Below are positions 7,645-14,438 of a stretch of DNA of 37,123 nucleotides, in pieces. Both the position numbers and the translations under genes were made by a program. The notes under the pieces are model-generated. The model made no database searches. It had not been told where the DNA came from and worked only from the letters and a program-made list of their open reading frames with translations. This DNA is from a virus (taxonomy: Duplodnaviria; Caudoviricetes). The stretch is from positions 1 through 37,123 of the IMG/VR virus record IMGVR_UViG_3300016476_000621; one strand, 5' to 3'. Numbering within the stretch: the first letter of the stretch is position 1; every line of letters begins with the position of its first letter.

Positions 7645-8336
7645 AGGCTGATGCGTGCTTGTATTGAGGTTGTCGCGGGTTTCTCGTCTTCCCAGCGTCG
7701 CTGGTTGAGGTAGGTGCCAGGGTGGGGGATGAAGGCACCTCCGTCTTTGGTCCAGCCGTCTTGCTTGGTCTGCCAAGCTAGAGCGGTGAGAACAGCTTGC
7801 AAGTCTGGGCTGGCTTTGGCCCAGGCTTTCTCTGCTGCACCTTTACCGACTTTTCGAGGGTAGGCTTGCCAAAAAGCCTCAAACTCTGCGGAAACGCCTT
7901 GTTCCTTGTTCCTTTCCCTTCCCTTCCCTTCCGCTTTACTGGCGTGGTCCACGCGTGCCTCACGCGTGCCTGACGCGTCAAAGTGTTCAATTTCAAAGCC
8001 TTTCAAATATTCCGGCAGGTCGGACGGTCTTTCCCGATTGTTGATGACTTGGTGCCTGTGAAACGATGGAATGCAGCCAAATTCACGCGACTCTGACGCG
8101 TAGTGGACGAGAAATCCACGCGTGGTCAACGCGTCAAGCACGCGTGAAAAGTCAACGTCATCATAAGGCAGGATGGAAACGCCAAGCCTGCGTGGTTCCC
8201 ATTTAAAGCGTCCTTCTCGGTCGGCTGCACACCAAAGCCCAATGAAGGCGAGGCGGATGGGTAGGCCGGTTTCCTGTTCAAGCTCATGGAGTCCTTCATG
8301 GAGGAAGAACTCGGGCTTAATCGTTCGGATTCTCAT
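7641..8336 (-). CDS. Phage replication initiator / replisome organiser
   Basis: MRIRTIKPEFF...LWCAADREGR N-terminus and FEAFWQAYPRKVGK...FIPHPGTYLNQRRWEDE C-terminus. It lies upstream of dnaB and contains iterons. Confidence 0.85.
   Translation of the reverse strand: MRIRTIKPEFFLHEGLHELEQETGLPIRLAFIGLWCAADREGRFKWEPRRLGVSILPYDDVDFSRVLDALTTRGFLVHYASESREFGCIPSFHRHQVINNRERPSDLPEYLKGFEIEHFDASGTREARVDHASKAEGKGRERNKEQGVSAEFEAFWQAYPRKVGKGAAEKAWAKASPDLQAVLTALAWQTKQDGWTKDGGAFIPHPGTYLNQRRWEDEKPATTSIQARISL
7949..8146. repeat. Iteron array (ACGCGT palindromes), putative replication origin
   Basis: ACGCGT at 7951, 7962, 7973, 8096, 8118, 8129 and 8140; variants at 8085 and 8107; AT-rich stretch at 7981-8011. 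Confidence 0.75.
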
Positions 8337-8340
8337 GGCA

Positions 8341-8443
8341 TAAAAACGCCTCCCACCTGGACGACCCGATGCGTAGAAGGCACCGGCAGGGGGAGGCAAA
8401 TCTCTGAGGTGTTAAACACGCCGGTCGTCGTCGGCATGGTTAA
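8341..8443 (-). promoter_or_regulatory. Structured leader / attenuator of the replication operon
   Basis: Hairpin at 8412-8443, then a branched terminator-like stem GCCUCCC/GGGAGGC followed by GUUUUU just before the ATG at 8336. Confidence 0.65.
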
Positions 8444-8452
8444 TGATGCGGG

Positions 8453-8480
8453 AACCTAGCCTAGCGGCAGGCAGCGTCAA
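8453..8480 (-). promoter_or_regulatory. Sigma70-like promoter for the replication operon
   Basis: TTGACG-16 nt-TAGGTT on the minus strand. Confidence 0.5.
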
Positions 8481-8646
8481 GGCGTTCTTTGCGCCGAATG
8501 CTCCTGGTCATTCGGCAGGCGTAGCAGTCCGACCGCTTCTCAGCCTGCTTCAACTCTTGACCGCAACGGGTGCAGCGGCGGTCGGCGCGGCAGGCCTTGC
8601 GCCAGCGGCGATGCGTTTCGAGCTTCTTTGGTGGTGTCTTATTCAT
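8461..8646 (-). CDS. Small basic zinc-finger protein
   Basis: CTRC...CYAC motifs; Arg/Lys-rich; 61 aa. Confidence 0.65.
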   Translation of the reverse strand: MNKTPPKKLETHRRWRKACRADRRCTRCGQELKQAEKRSDCYACRMTRSIRRKERLDAACR

Positions 8647-8654
8647 GTTCTATG

Positions 8655-8852
8655 CTATGTTGTGGAACTTGTTCTGTAACGCTTGAGCAGTAGTGCAGTG
8701 ATGCCGATGAATGTCAACAAGGTTGCGCTTGGCTCAGGAATGACAACGGGCGGTCCTTGTTCGTGCGGGTCTTTGTGATGGTTGGGAATGACGAGCGGCG
8801 GGTAGTCCTTTGGGGCCAGGTCATACCAGTCTAGAAGCGGGTCAATATTCAT
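8655..8852 (-). CDS. Mini PEP-CTERM sorting-signal protein
   Basis: VIPEPS + hydrophobic helix ATLLTFIGITALLL + basic KRYR at the C-terminus; no N-terminal signal peptide. Confidence 0.8.
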   Translation of the reverse strand: MNIDPLLDWYDLAPKDYPPLVIPNHHKDPHEQGPPVVIPEPSATLLTFIGITALLLKRYRTSSTT

Positions 8853-8994
8853 CTAGGAACGTCGCCGCAGCCTGCTTTGAGGCAAACCCGATTCGCTGTC
8901 CTTCGCGGTAGTAGAACCGCCAGAACGGCCACCACCAGCTGCGGTGTTGCGGATAATAGAGGCGACCTCGGCGCAGGATGCGGTGTAGCTTCAT
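8842..8994 (-). CDS. Small Trp-rich protein, 50 aa (not in ORF track)
   Basis: Manual translation MKLHRILRRGRLYYPQHRSWWWPFWRFYYREGQRIGFASKQAAATFLDEY; ATGA overlap with the upstream gene. Confidence 0.65.
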   Translation of the reverse strand: MKLHRILRRGRLYYPQHRSWWWPFWRFYYREGQRIGFASKQAAATFLDEY

Positions 8995-9233
8995 AGGATA
9001 CCAGCCCTGTGCTTTGACCGTCCATGTTCGTCCTCAGTTGTCCACTCCTGCGGCTTGAGTACATGGAGCGGGCAGTCGCCGGAATAAACAAAGATTCCAG
9101 CGACGCCCATGTAGCCTTTTCCGTGGGCGTTGTCCATGACAGGGCAGGTGCAGCCTTTGGCAATGGCGGCATCGCTGCCGGGGGTGTGAGGAATCCAGTC
9201 GAATCCGCTGTGTTGGAATTTGGTGGGGGTCAT
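8991..9233 (-). CDS. Cys/His-rich small protein with KFQHxGxDW N-terminus (chimeric array member 3)
   Basis: GCTCPVMDN...DCPLH body fused to the N-terminus shared with the two upstream genes. Confidence 0.75.
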   Translation of the reverse strand: MTPTKFQHSGFDWIPHTPGSDAAIAKGCTCPVMDNAHGKGYMGVAGIFVYSGDCPLHVLKPQEWTTEDEHGRSKHRAGIL

Positions 9234-9445
9234 GGGGTGTTAGTTTCGATAGGGTGCCAGCCGATGACCTCCGCATTAATAGAACCGGCGAGTTCGCACC
9301 AATCAACCATGTGTGCAAAATGTTCTTCTACTATTTTATCTCGGTATAGCACCCGCACCATCGTATCGCCGGGACACGGCATCGGGTCGCCGGGAACGTG
9401 CGGAATCCAGTCTAGTCCAGCGTGTTGGAATTTGGTGGAGGTCAT
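9230..9445 (-). CDS. Small protein, tandem paralog (array member 2)
   Basis: KFQHAGLDW..H.PG.PMPC.GDT.VRVL...AE.IGWHPIETNTP, shared with 9442..9675. Confidence 0.8.
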   Translation of the reverse strand: MTSTKFQHAGLDWIPHVPGDPMPCPGDTMVRVLYRDKIVEEHFAHMVDWCELAGSINAEVIGWHPIETNTP

Positions 9446-9675
9446 GGGGTGTTAGTTTCGATAGGGTGCCAGCCGATTATTTCAGCCATCGGCTCGGTTG
9501 GGCAAACGTCCCAGTCCCATATTGACGCAGATGTTTCGTAATTGGTGGCGTCACAAAGGGCGTTAAGGTCGCCGCGCATCAGCACCCTTACTGGCGTATC
9601 GCCGCTGCACGGCATCGGGTTTCCGGGTGTATGGGCATGCCAGTCGAGGCCGGCGTGTTGGAATTTGGCTGTCAT
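9442..9675 (-). CDS. Small protein, tandem paralog (array member 1)
   Basis: Same N- and C-terminal motifs as 9230..9445 with a divergent middle. Confidence 0.8.
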   Translation of the reverse strand: MTAKFQHAGLDWHAHTPGNPMPCSGDTPVRVLMRGDLNALCDATNYETSASIWDWDVCPTEPMAEIIGWHPIETNTP

Positions 9676-10076
9676 GGGGTGAGGAGTTGGGCTGCTTGTT
9701 CTCGGATGTAAGATGGCAGCGGGCCGTCCCAGCCAGCGCCCAACACTACGCTCAGAGCCTCCCGCAGCCTCGCATTTTCCTCGCGAGCCTGCCGCAGTTC
9801 GCCTTGCGCCTGAACCAACTGGTCAGTGGCGATGGCGAAGGCTTGGCGGGCCTCGTTGCGCTCGCGTTCGAGGTGTCGGGCGAAATCAGACTTCACTGCC
9901 GCGTAGTCCGTGCCTATCAGCGCGAACTCCTCGGCATCCGTCTCCGGCGTCGGGCGCAGGCACTCGTCTTGGTCGTGGCAGACCAAATCGTTCTTGCAGG
10001 TGGGGCAGGCGTTCATTTGCCACAGAGGCTCAGGCTTGAAAGGTTCTGGGAACTTTGGTGGGTCAAAGAGGTTCAT
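9672..10076 (-). CDS. Coiled-coil hypothetical protein (TPETDA...FARHLERERNEAR type)
   Basis: 134-aa ORF coupled to its neighbours; C-terminal heptad pattern. Confidence 0.7.
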   Translation of the reverse strand: MNLFDPPKFPEPFKPEPLWQMNACPTCKNDLVCHDQDECLRPTPETDAEEFALIGTDYAAVKSDFARHLERERNEARQAFAIATDQLVQAQGELRQAREENARLREALSVVLGAGWDGPLPSYIREQAAQLLTP

Positions 10077-10266
10077 TGGGTTTGCAGGAGTTAATGATTT
10101 CTTCGGCTTCTTCTGGAGGCCAGTTGCTCCGAATAATTTCTTGAAGGTTATGGCGCTCGGCGATGATCGCGGCTATGCGCTCGCGGTGGCGAGCATTGGC
10201 CAGCGTGGCAACTTGTCGATCAGTCCAGCAGTCACGTAGATCAGCGGAAGAAATGAGGTCGCTCAT
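10063..10266 (-). CDS. Hypothetical protein
   Basis: ATG at 10266 with ATGA overlap. Confidence 0.6.
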   Translation of the reverse strand: MSDLISSADLRDCWTDRQVATLANARHRERIAAIIAERHNLQEIIRSNWPPEEAEEIINSCKPNEPL

Positions 10267-10580
10267 CGCGCACCCCCTTGTTTCCACAGTTCAAACGCGG
10301 CGTCCTTGTCCTTGGCGTCGAGCTTGGACTCGGCGAAGGCTTGCTCGAATTCGGCAGGGTAGGTTTCGACGGGCAACCCGAAATTATCGTTCGGGTATTT
10401 GCCGCGCTTGGTCTTGCGCTTCGGCTGGACGATGCGGCATTCGATTTTGACGACTGCAACACCAACGTTCGGCTTCCAACAATCTGCATCATGACGTGCC
10501 TGGATGCGTGTTTTGTGCACAACCAAAATTTTGCGAGTCTTGGCGCTTTGCACGCCCCAAAGTGTAAATGTGTCATTCAT
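10263..10580 (-). CDS. Hypothetical protein
   Basis: 105-aa ORF with ATGA overlaps on both sides. Confidence 0.65.
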   Translation of the reverse strand: MNDTFTLWGVQSAKTRKILVVHKTRIQARHDADCWKPNVGVAVVKIECRIVQPKRKTKRGKYPNDNFGLPVETYPAEFEQAFAESKLDAKDKDAAFELWKQGGAR

Positions 10581-10726
10581 TGTGCGCCTCCTTTCTTGCT
10601 GCTAGCAATCTTCTCCTTAACCGCCTGGCGGATAAACTCGCTCATAGTGGTTCCGGCCTTGGTGGCACCTCGCTTAATCGCGGATGCCAGGTCAGGGGTG
10701 ACGTATAGTTGTAGTGGTGTTTTCAT
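10577..10726 (-). CDS. Ribbon-helix-helix (CopG/Arc-like) regulator, 49 aa (not in ORF track)
   Basis: Manual translation MKTPLQLYVTPDLASAIKRGATKAGTTMSEFIRQAVKEKIASSKKGGAQ: alternating beta strand, helix, G-x-T-x-S-E-F-I-R helix. Confidence 0.8.
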   Translation of the reverse strand: MKTPLQLYVTPDLASAIKRGATKAGTTMSEFIRQAVKEKIASSKKGGAQ

Positions 10727-10763
10727 GGTGTTTTCCGCGTGTAGGATGCGCGACCCCCGTTAA

Positions 10764-10940
10764 TCATTTGCCCGGCTTTCCTGAGTTCAGTTCGGCATAT
10801 TTAACAGCCAATTCTTTAGACGGGAATAGCACTGGCTTAAAACCGTTCCTCTTAGCAGCAAAAACTCCGTTCCAATGCAAGATTTCATAAGTTCTGGTAA
10901 TGCCTTTAACGGTCGCAAGAAAGTCGGGCGTTTTTGTCAT
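10764..10940 (-). CDS. Small hypothetical protein (AT-rich)
   Basis: ATG at 10940 after an A/C-rich leader; first gene after an intergenic control region. Confidence 0.6.
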   Translation of the reverse strand: MTKTPDFLATVKGITRTYEILHWNGVFAAKRNGFKPVLFPSKELAVKYAELNSGKPGK

Positions 10941-10975
10941 AATGTTGTGGGCGTGTTTTGTTCCGCTGACAACGC

Positions 10976-11056
10976 CATCTTGCCACATGGCCAAAGGACT
11001 GCAACAAGATTCTTCATGAAAAGTTCATGAACACTGCAACACGTTGATTTTCAACG
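10976..11056 (-). promoter_or_regulatory. Promoter/operator region
   Basis: TTGCAG-16 nt-CAAGAT on the minus strand; tandem palindromes TTCATGAA at 11013 and 11024; inverted repeat CGTTGA-TTT-TCAACG at 11042-11056. Confidence 0.5.
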
Positions 11057-11069
11057 AAACAAAAAAGCA

Positions 11070-11270
11070 CTAGCCCTGCGCTTCTGCCTGCTCCTGGGGA
11101 TGAAAAACCCGCTTTTTCAGCGGGATTCCGTTCGGGTTGTATGCGTCCACTGCCCTGAGCGCATACTGAAGCGAGTTGATGACTTTTCGATTACCCTGCC
11201 AGTCGTCCAGCAGGTGCCCCATCAGCAGGTTGAGATGAGCCTTTACCGTCTCCTTGTTCGTGCGTTGCAT
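11070..11270 (-). CDS. Hypothetical protein
   Basis: ATG at 11270 after an ACAACACACC leader. Confidence 0.6.
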   Translation of the reverse strand: MQRTNKETVKAHLNLLMGHLLDDWQGNRKVINSLQYALRAVDAYNPNGIPLKKRVFHPQEQAEAQG

Positions 11271-11610
11271 GGTGTGTTGTGAGTGGTTGGTTGGTTTCGC
11301 GCAGCAAAGCAAACAGGTCTTCTGCGCGTATGATGCACAGCCAGTCCTTGCCGTTGCGCTTGTGTGCTACTACGGGCATTTTCGCCGGTCCTGAGTCACG
11401 TTCGGCCTGCTGCATCCAAAGATATGGATTGCCAGCCTCAACGCGCTTTACTTCCCAGTGCAGGCCAGGAAGGCTTTCGCAGATTACGTCAGGACTGTCG
11501 GCACCACCTGAGAACTGCTGCCCTCGTCGTGCGTCAAAGCCTGCGTTGCGCAACTGGTCGCGCCATTCTCGTTCTCCCCTTGCGCCTTTTGCTCTGCTGT
11601 TGATCGGCAT
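11191..11610 (-). CDS. Holliday junction resolvase (Hjc-like PD-(D/E)xK nuclease)
   Basis: NSRAKGARGERE...SPDV...EVKR...PVVAHKRN motifs; ATG at 11610. Confidence 0.85.
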   Translation of the reverse strand: MPINSRAKGARGEREWRDQLRNAGFDARRGQQFSGGADSPDVICESLPGLHWEVKRVEAGNPYLWMQQAERDSGPAKMPVVAHKRNGKDWLCIIRAEDLFALLRETNQPLTTHHATHEQGDGKGSSQPADGAPAGRLAG

Positions 11611-11687
11611 GACCTGAAGATTTCCTCGTAGTTCGCTTCGTATGCGGCCAGGTTCATCGGCCTGGGTGTGTCTCCTTTGCCTGCCAT
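11484..11687 (-). CDS. Small conserved phage protein (GKGDxPRP...YxxNYxxIF)
   Basis: Start overlaps the upstream stop; the 3' part overlaps the resolvase gene. Confidence 0.55.
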   Translation of the reverse strand: MAGKGDTPRPMNLAAYEANYEEIFRSCRSTAEQKAQGENENGATSCATQALTHDEGSSSQVVPTVLT

Positions 11688-11896
11688 CAGTAATCCTCCT
11701 CAAGCGGTTTCATCGTCGGCACCGGAATGAGGTCATCGCCAGTGCGGAAGCTGTCCAGAATGTTCTCAATGTTGTAGCCCATAGCGAAGGCTGCACTACG
11801 GCAAGCCTCCACGACCTCATCCAGGTTGGCGTTGTCGCAGATGGTCACTTCCACCTTGGTTGAAGGCGGATTTTCGAGTTGAAAGGTGATGGTCAT
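11687..11896 (-). CDS. Hypothetical protein
   Basis: ATG at 11896 with ATGA overlap. Confidence 0.65.
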   Translation of the reverse strand: MTITFQLENPPSTKVEVTICDNANLDEVVEACRSAAFAMGYNIENILDSFRTGDDLIPVPTMKPLEEDY

Positions 11897-12060
11897 GTGA
11901 GTGCTTGGTAGAGTGCTTTGGAAACCTTGTCCCATTTGCTTTGCGGCGGTTCCTCCAGCCGCTTCTTAACGTCCAACTGGTGCCGCAGGTCGCGGACCTC
12001 GCGTTCCAGTTCCTCGATGCGTTGCAGGAATGCTATCTTGTTGAGTTCTTCGATTTGCAT
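11893..12060 (-). CDS. Small coiled-coil protein, 55 aa (not in ORF track)
   Basis: Manual translation MQIEELNKIAFLQRIEELEREVRDLRHQLDVKKRLEEPPQSKWDKVSKALYQALT. Confidence 0.65.
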   Translation of the reverse strand: MQIEELNKIAFLQRIEELEREVRDLRHQLDVKKRLEEPPQSKWDKVSKALYQALT

Positions 12061-12075
12061 AGTGTAGAGAGTAGA

Positions 12076-12177
12076 GGGTGGTGCCGCTGAGTGTTGTCTT
12101 AGCTATCCAGTCCTGCCCAACACCGGGGACAACAGGCGACAACATCACCGCCGCTGGAAATCCCGGCAGCACCACCC
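12076..12177 (-). ncRNA. Candidate structured intergenic RNA element
   Basis: 12-bp closing stem GGGUGGUGCUGC/GCGGCACCACCC (one G-U pair, on the minus strand) enclosing further complementary segments. Confidence 0.45.
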
Positions 12178-12184
12178 AAATTGT

Positions 12185-12421
12185 TCACCAGGGAATCTCG
12201 TCTTCTGGGTCGGACTTCTTGACCGCCTGCTTCTGGTCCTTTGGCTTGACGCTCAGGCTGAAGAAGCGGTTTCCGGCCTTGCTGGTCTTCTTCCAGCCGT
12301 TCAGCCAGTATTCCTTGCCGTCAACGTTGATGCTGCCGGTGAAGTCGGGATGCGTGTCCTTCTCCTTCTTGTCGTTGTCGAAAAGGCTGCCTCGGTTCGT
12401 ATTGTCGTATTCCTTGCTCAT
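12185..12421 (-). CDS. Small ssDNA-binding protein (DUF736-like) with acidic-aromatic tail
   Basis: GSLF.N..K....HPDFTG.I.VDG.EYWL.GW pattern; ends EDEIPW; located in the recombination module. Confidence 0.75.
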   Translation of the reverse strand: MSKEYDNTNRGSLFDNDKKEKDTHPDFTGSINVDGKEYWLNGWKKTSKAGNRFFSLSVKPKDQKQAVKKSDPEDEIPW

Positions 12422-12762
12422 TTGGTTTTGTTCGGTTTGATTGACCGCTTCACTGCGCGGACAAAGTGTTCAGGTGTTAGTTTCAAAATGCCATCGGACC
12501 ATTGGTTTAAATGGAGGCACAAGTCTGCACAGGATTCTCCACGGAGGAACTGCGCCCCATTCTGCCATTCCGCCATTTCTTCGCGCATTAGCGGAGAATA
12601 AACGGGCTTTAGCGTCACAGGGTCAACAATGCCAGCGTGAATGCCTTTCACAGCGTCTTGCACCGCCGTCTTGATGACCTCGATGTATAGCCAGCACAGA
12701 CGGTTTTCCAAGCCCTTTTCAGGGTCGGCAAAGAAGGACCAGTCTGAGATTGGCTGAGACAT
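12418..12762 (-). CDS. Hypothetical protein
   Basis: 114-aa ORF coupled to both neighbours. Confidence 0.7.
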   Translation of the reverse strand: MSQPISDWSFFADPEKGLENRLCWLYIEVIKTAVQDAVKGIHAGIVDPVTLKPVYSPLMREEMAEWQNGAQFLRGESCADLCLHLNQWSDGILKLTPEHFVRAVKRSIKPNKTK

Positions 12763-13583
12763 TAGAAGTCAATCGTTTCAGGTTCGGCCTTGCTCATCCA
12801 GCGAGGAAGGTTCAATTCCAACGGATGACTTGAGATGCCAGACCAGTCGCCGGTTTCGATGCAGGTCTTGTAGGTAGCCAAGTCCTGCTGGTATTCCTTG
12901 CGGCCCTGCTCAACCATGTCCTGCCCGACGATGTAAACGCAGGTCAGGTAAGGTGGCTTTTTCTCCTGGGCGATGAAGATGAAGGTGCCGTCGTCGCCGG
13001 TAATCGCCTTGATGCCGTCCAGGTAGTATGCAGCCTGGACATGGTAACGGAAGTTCATCACTGACCGCAGGAATGCCGATGGGCTGGCATTGTCGGTCGT
13101 CTTGTAGTCAATGATAATGCCATCCTTGCGAATAGCATCCGGCCTTGCTCGGCATTGAACGTCCTGGGTCTTATCAATCCAGTAGCAGGACGCCTCAATA
13201 TGCTCAAGGTCGTGCAGTGTGTTCCGGCAGGCTCTATCGGAATAGAAAGCATTCTTCATGCCCTCCAACTGCTTCGCCTCGTCCAAGGTGATAACAGTCC
13301 TGCCAGCAGCCTCACGCATGGCTTGTGCATACGTCTCTTTGCCCTCCTTGGTGCGACGGTCGCAGGGCGGCAGGACGTAAACCTCATCGTCGAACTTGTC
13401 AGGTTCAAGGATGACGGTGTGCGCCAGCGTTCCCCAACGCATTGCGGGCGTCTGCTCCTCGGGGTTGTCCTTTCGGTGCAGGTAAAGCGCAGGGGCGTGG
13501 CGGATGAGGTCAAGACCGTGCTTGCTGATGCCTGCGCTATTGTGATAGGAGGCGGCATCCATCTGTGGGATTAGTTCGTTCAT
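12762..13583 (-). CDS. RecE/exonuclease VIII-like PD-(D/E)xK nuclease (DUF3799)
   Basis: YH...IS, GTLAH..ILEP, CRARPD, IIDYKTT, YHVQAAYY and FIAQEK motifs. Confidence 0.9.
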   Translation of the reverse strand: MNELIPQMDAASYHNSAGISKHGLDLIRHAPALYLHRKDNPEEQTPAMRWGTLAHTVILEPDKFDDEVYVLPPCDRRTKEGKETYAQAMREAAGRTVITLDEAKQLEGMKNAFYSDRACRNTLHDLEHIEASCYWIDKTQDVQCRARPDAIRKDGIIIDYKTTDNASPSAFLRSVMNFRYHVQAAYYLDGIKAITGDDGTFIFIAQEKKPPYLTCVYIVGQDMVEQGRKEYQQDLATYKTCIETGDWSGISSHPLELNLPRWMSKAEPETIDF

Positions 13584-14416
13584 GCTTCCACCTCCTTCGC
13601 TTCAAGAACCTTCTGGATGCGACCAAGCTCGGTTTCCGTGCATTCGTCCAGATTAGCTTTGTTGAGCTTCAGCAACAGGCCAGGGACAACGCTGCGTGCC
13701 AGTTTGTGCTGCCGGATAACGGGTTTCAGGTCAACGGGTGCAGCCTCGGCAACAGGTGCCGTAGCTTCGCCAGCGGATAGCCATTTGGCAAGGCGTTCGC
13801 CAGTCTCTGCGGTGATGACCTCCGGCTTGCCGTCAAAGAGACGGGTTCGGTCTTTCTGTGCTTCTGCCATGTGCTGTGCGTTTATGTTCCAGCAGACTGT
13901 GAACTCGAAGTCAATGCCGTCACGCTGTTGCGGGTCCATGCCGGACTTCTGCACCTTTCCCTTCTCGTCCATGGAATAGCCTTGTTTGGCTCGCACCGTG
14001 GCAATGATGTGCGCCTTGGAACGCATCATGGCCTGAATGAAGCGGTCGTGCCTTGGCGTCACCTTGGCCCAGTCTTGGAAGCGGTCGCCCATCTTGGTCT
14101 TGATGTCGAGGCATCCACCTGGGCCAGACCATTCGTGCGTGATGCTATCAATCACGATGACCTCGTATCCGGCTTGCTCTGCGGCTTCAATGGCTTCAAT
14201 GAAGCGCTCAGGAGCGTATGGAGGACTAAGCTCCAGAACATCGAAGTCGAAGCGGTCAGCATAGAGACTGGCAGAACCAGCCTCGGTGTCAATGAAGGCA
14301 ATCTTCTTGCCCAACTGAGCAGCGACGGTGAGTGCTGCCGTAGTTTTGCCAGAACCGCTGGCACCGGAGAAAAGCAGGCGTGCTTTAGCCTGCGCTTTGG
14401 TTGCTTTCTTGAACAT
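13580..14416 (-). CDS. AAA_24 / Sak4-like ATPase (recombination)
   Basis: ATG at 14416; Walker A GASGSGKT, IDTE, Walker B IVIDSITHEW; adjacent to the exonuclease. Confidence 0.88.
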   Translation of the reverse strand: MFKKATKAQAKARLLFSGASGSGKTTAALTVAAQLGKKIAFIDTEAGSASLYADRFDFDVLELSPPYAPERFIEAIEAAEQAGYEVIVIDSITHEWSGPGGCLDIKTKMGDRFQDWAKVTPRHDRFIQAMMRSKAHIIATVRAKQGYSMDEKGKVQKSGMDPQQRDGIDFEFTVCWNINAQHMAEAQKDRTRLFDGKPEVITAETGERLAKWLSAGEATAPVAEAAPVDLKPVIRQHKLARSVVPGLLLKLNKANLDECTETELGRIQKVLEAKEVEA

Positions 14417-14438
14417 GCTGTTGTGTGTGAATAATGCT

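Larger units (their letters stand above)
9210..9681. repeat. Gene-junction direct repeats
   Basis: 56-bp repeat at 9210-9265 and 9422-9477 (1 mismatch); partial third copy at 9655-9681. Confidence 0.9.

Noticed and set aside
8849-9172. 107-aa minus-strand ORF from the track
   Set aside because: It is an alternative frame overlapping two better-coupled genes (8842..8994 and 8991..9233).
9210-9681. Repeats as a CRISPR array or DGR template/variable repeat pair
   Set aside because: The period is over 200 bp, the repeats are coding and span gene junctions, and there is no cas or reverse transcriptase gene and no adenine-specific mismatch pattern.
12076-12177. Hammerhead ribozyme on the + strand (CTGA...GAAA)
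   Set aside because: The core reads CTGAGTG rather than CUGANGA, and the stems do not fit the hammerhead layout.
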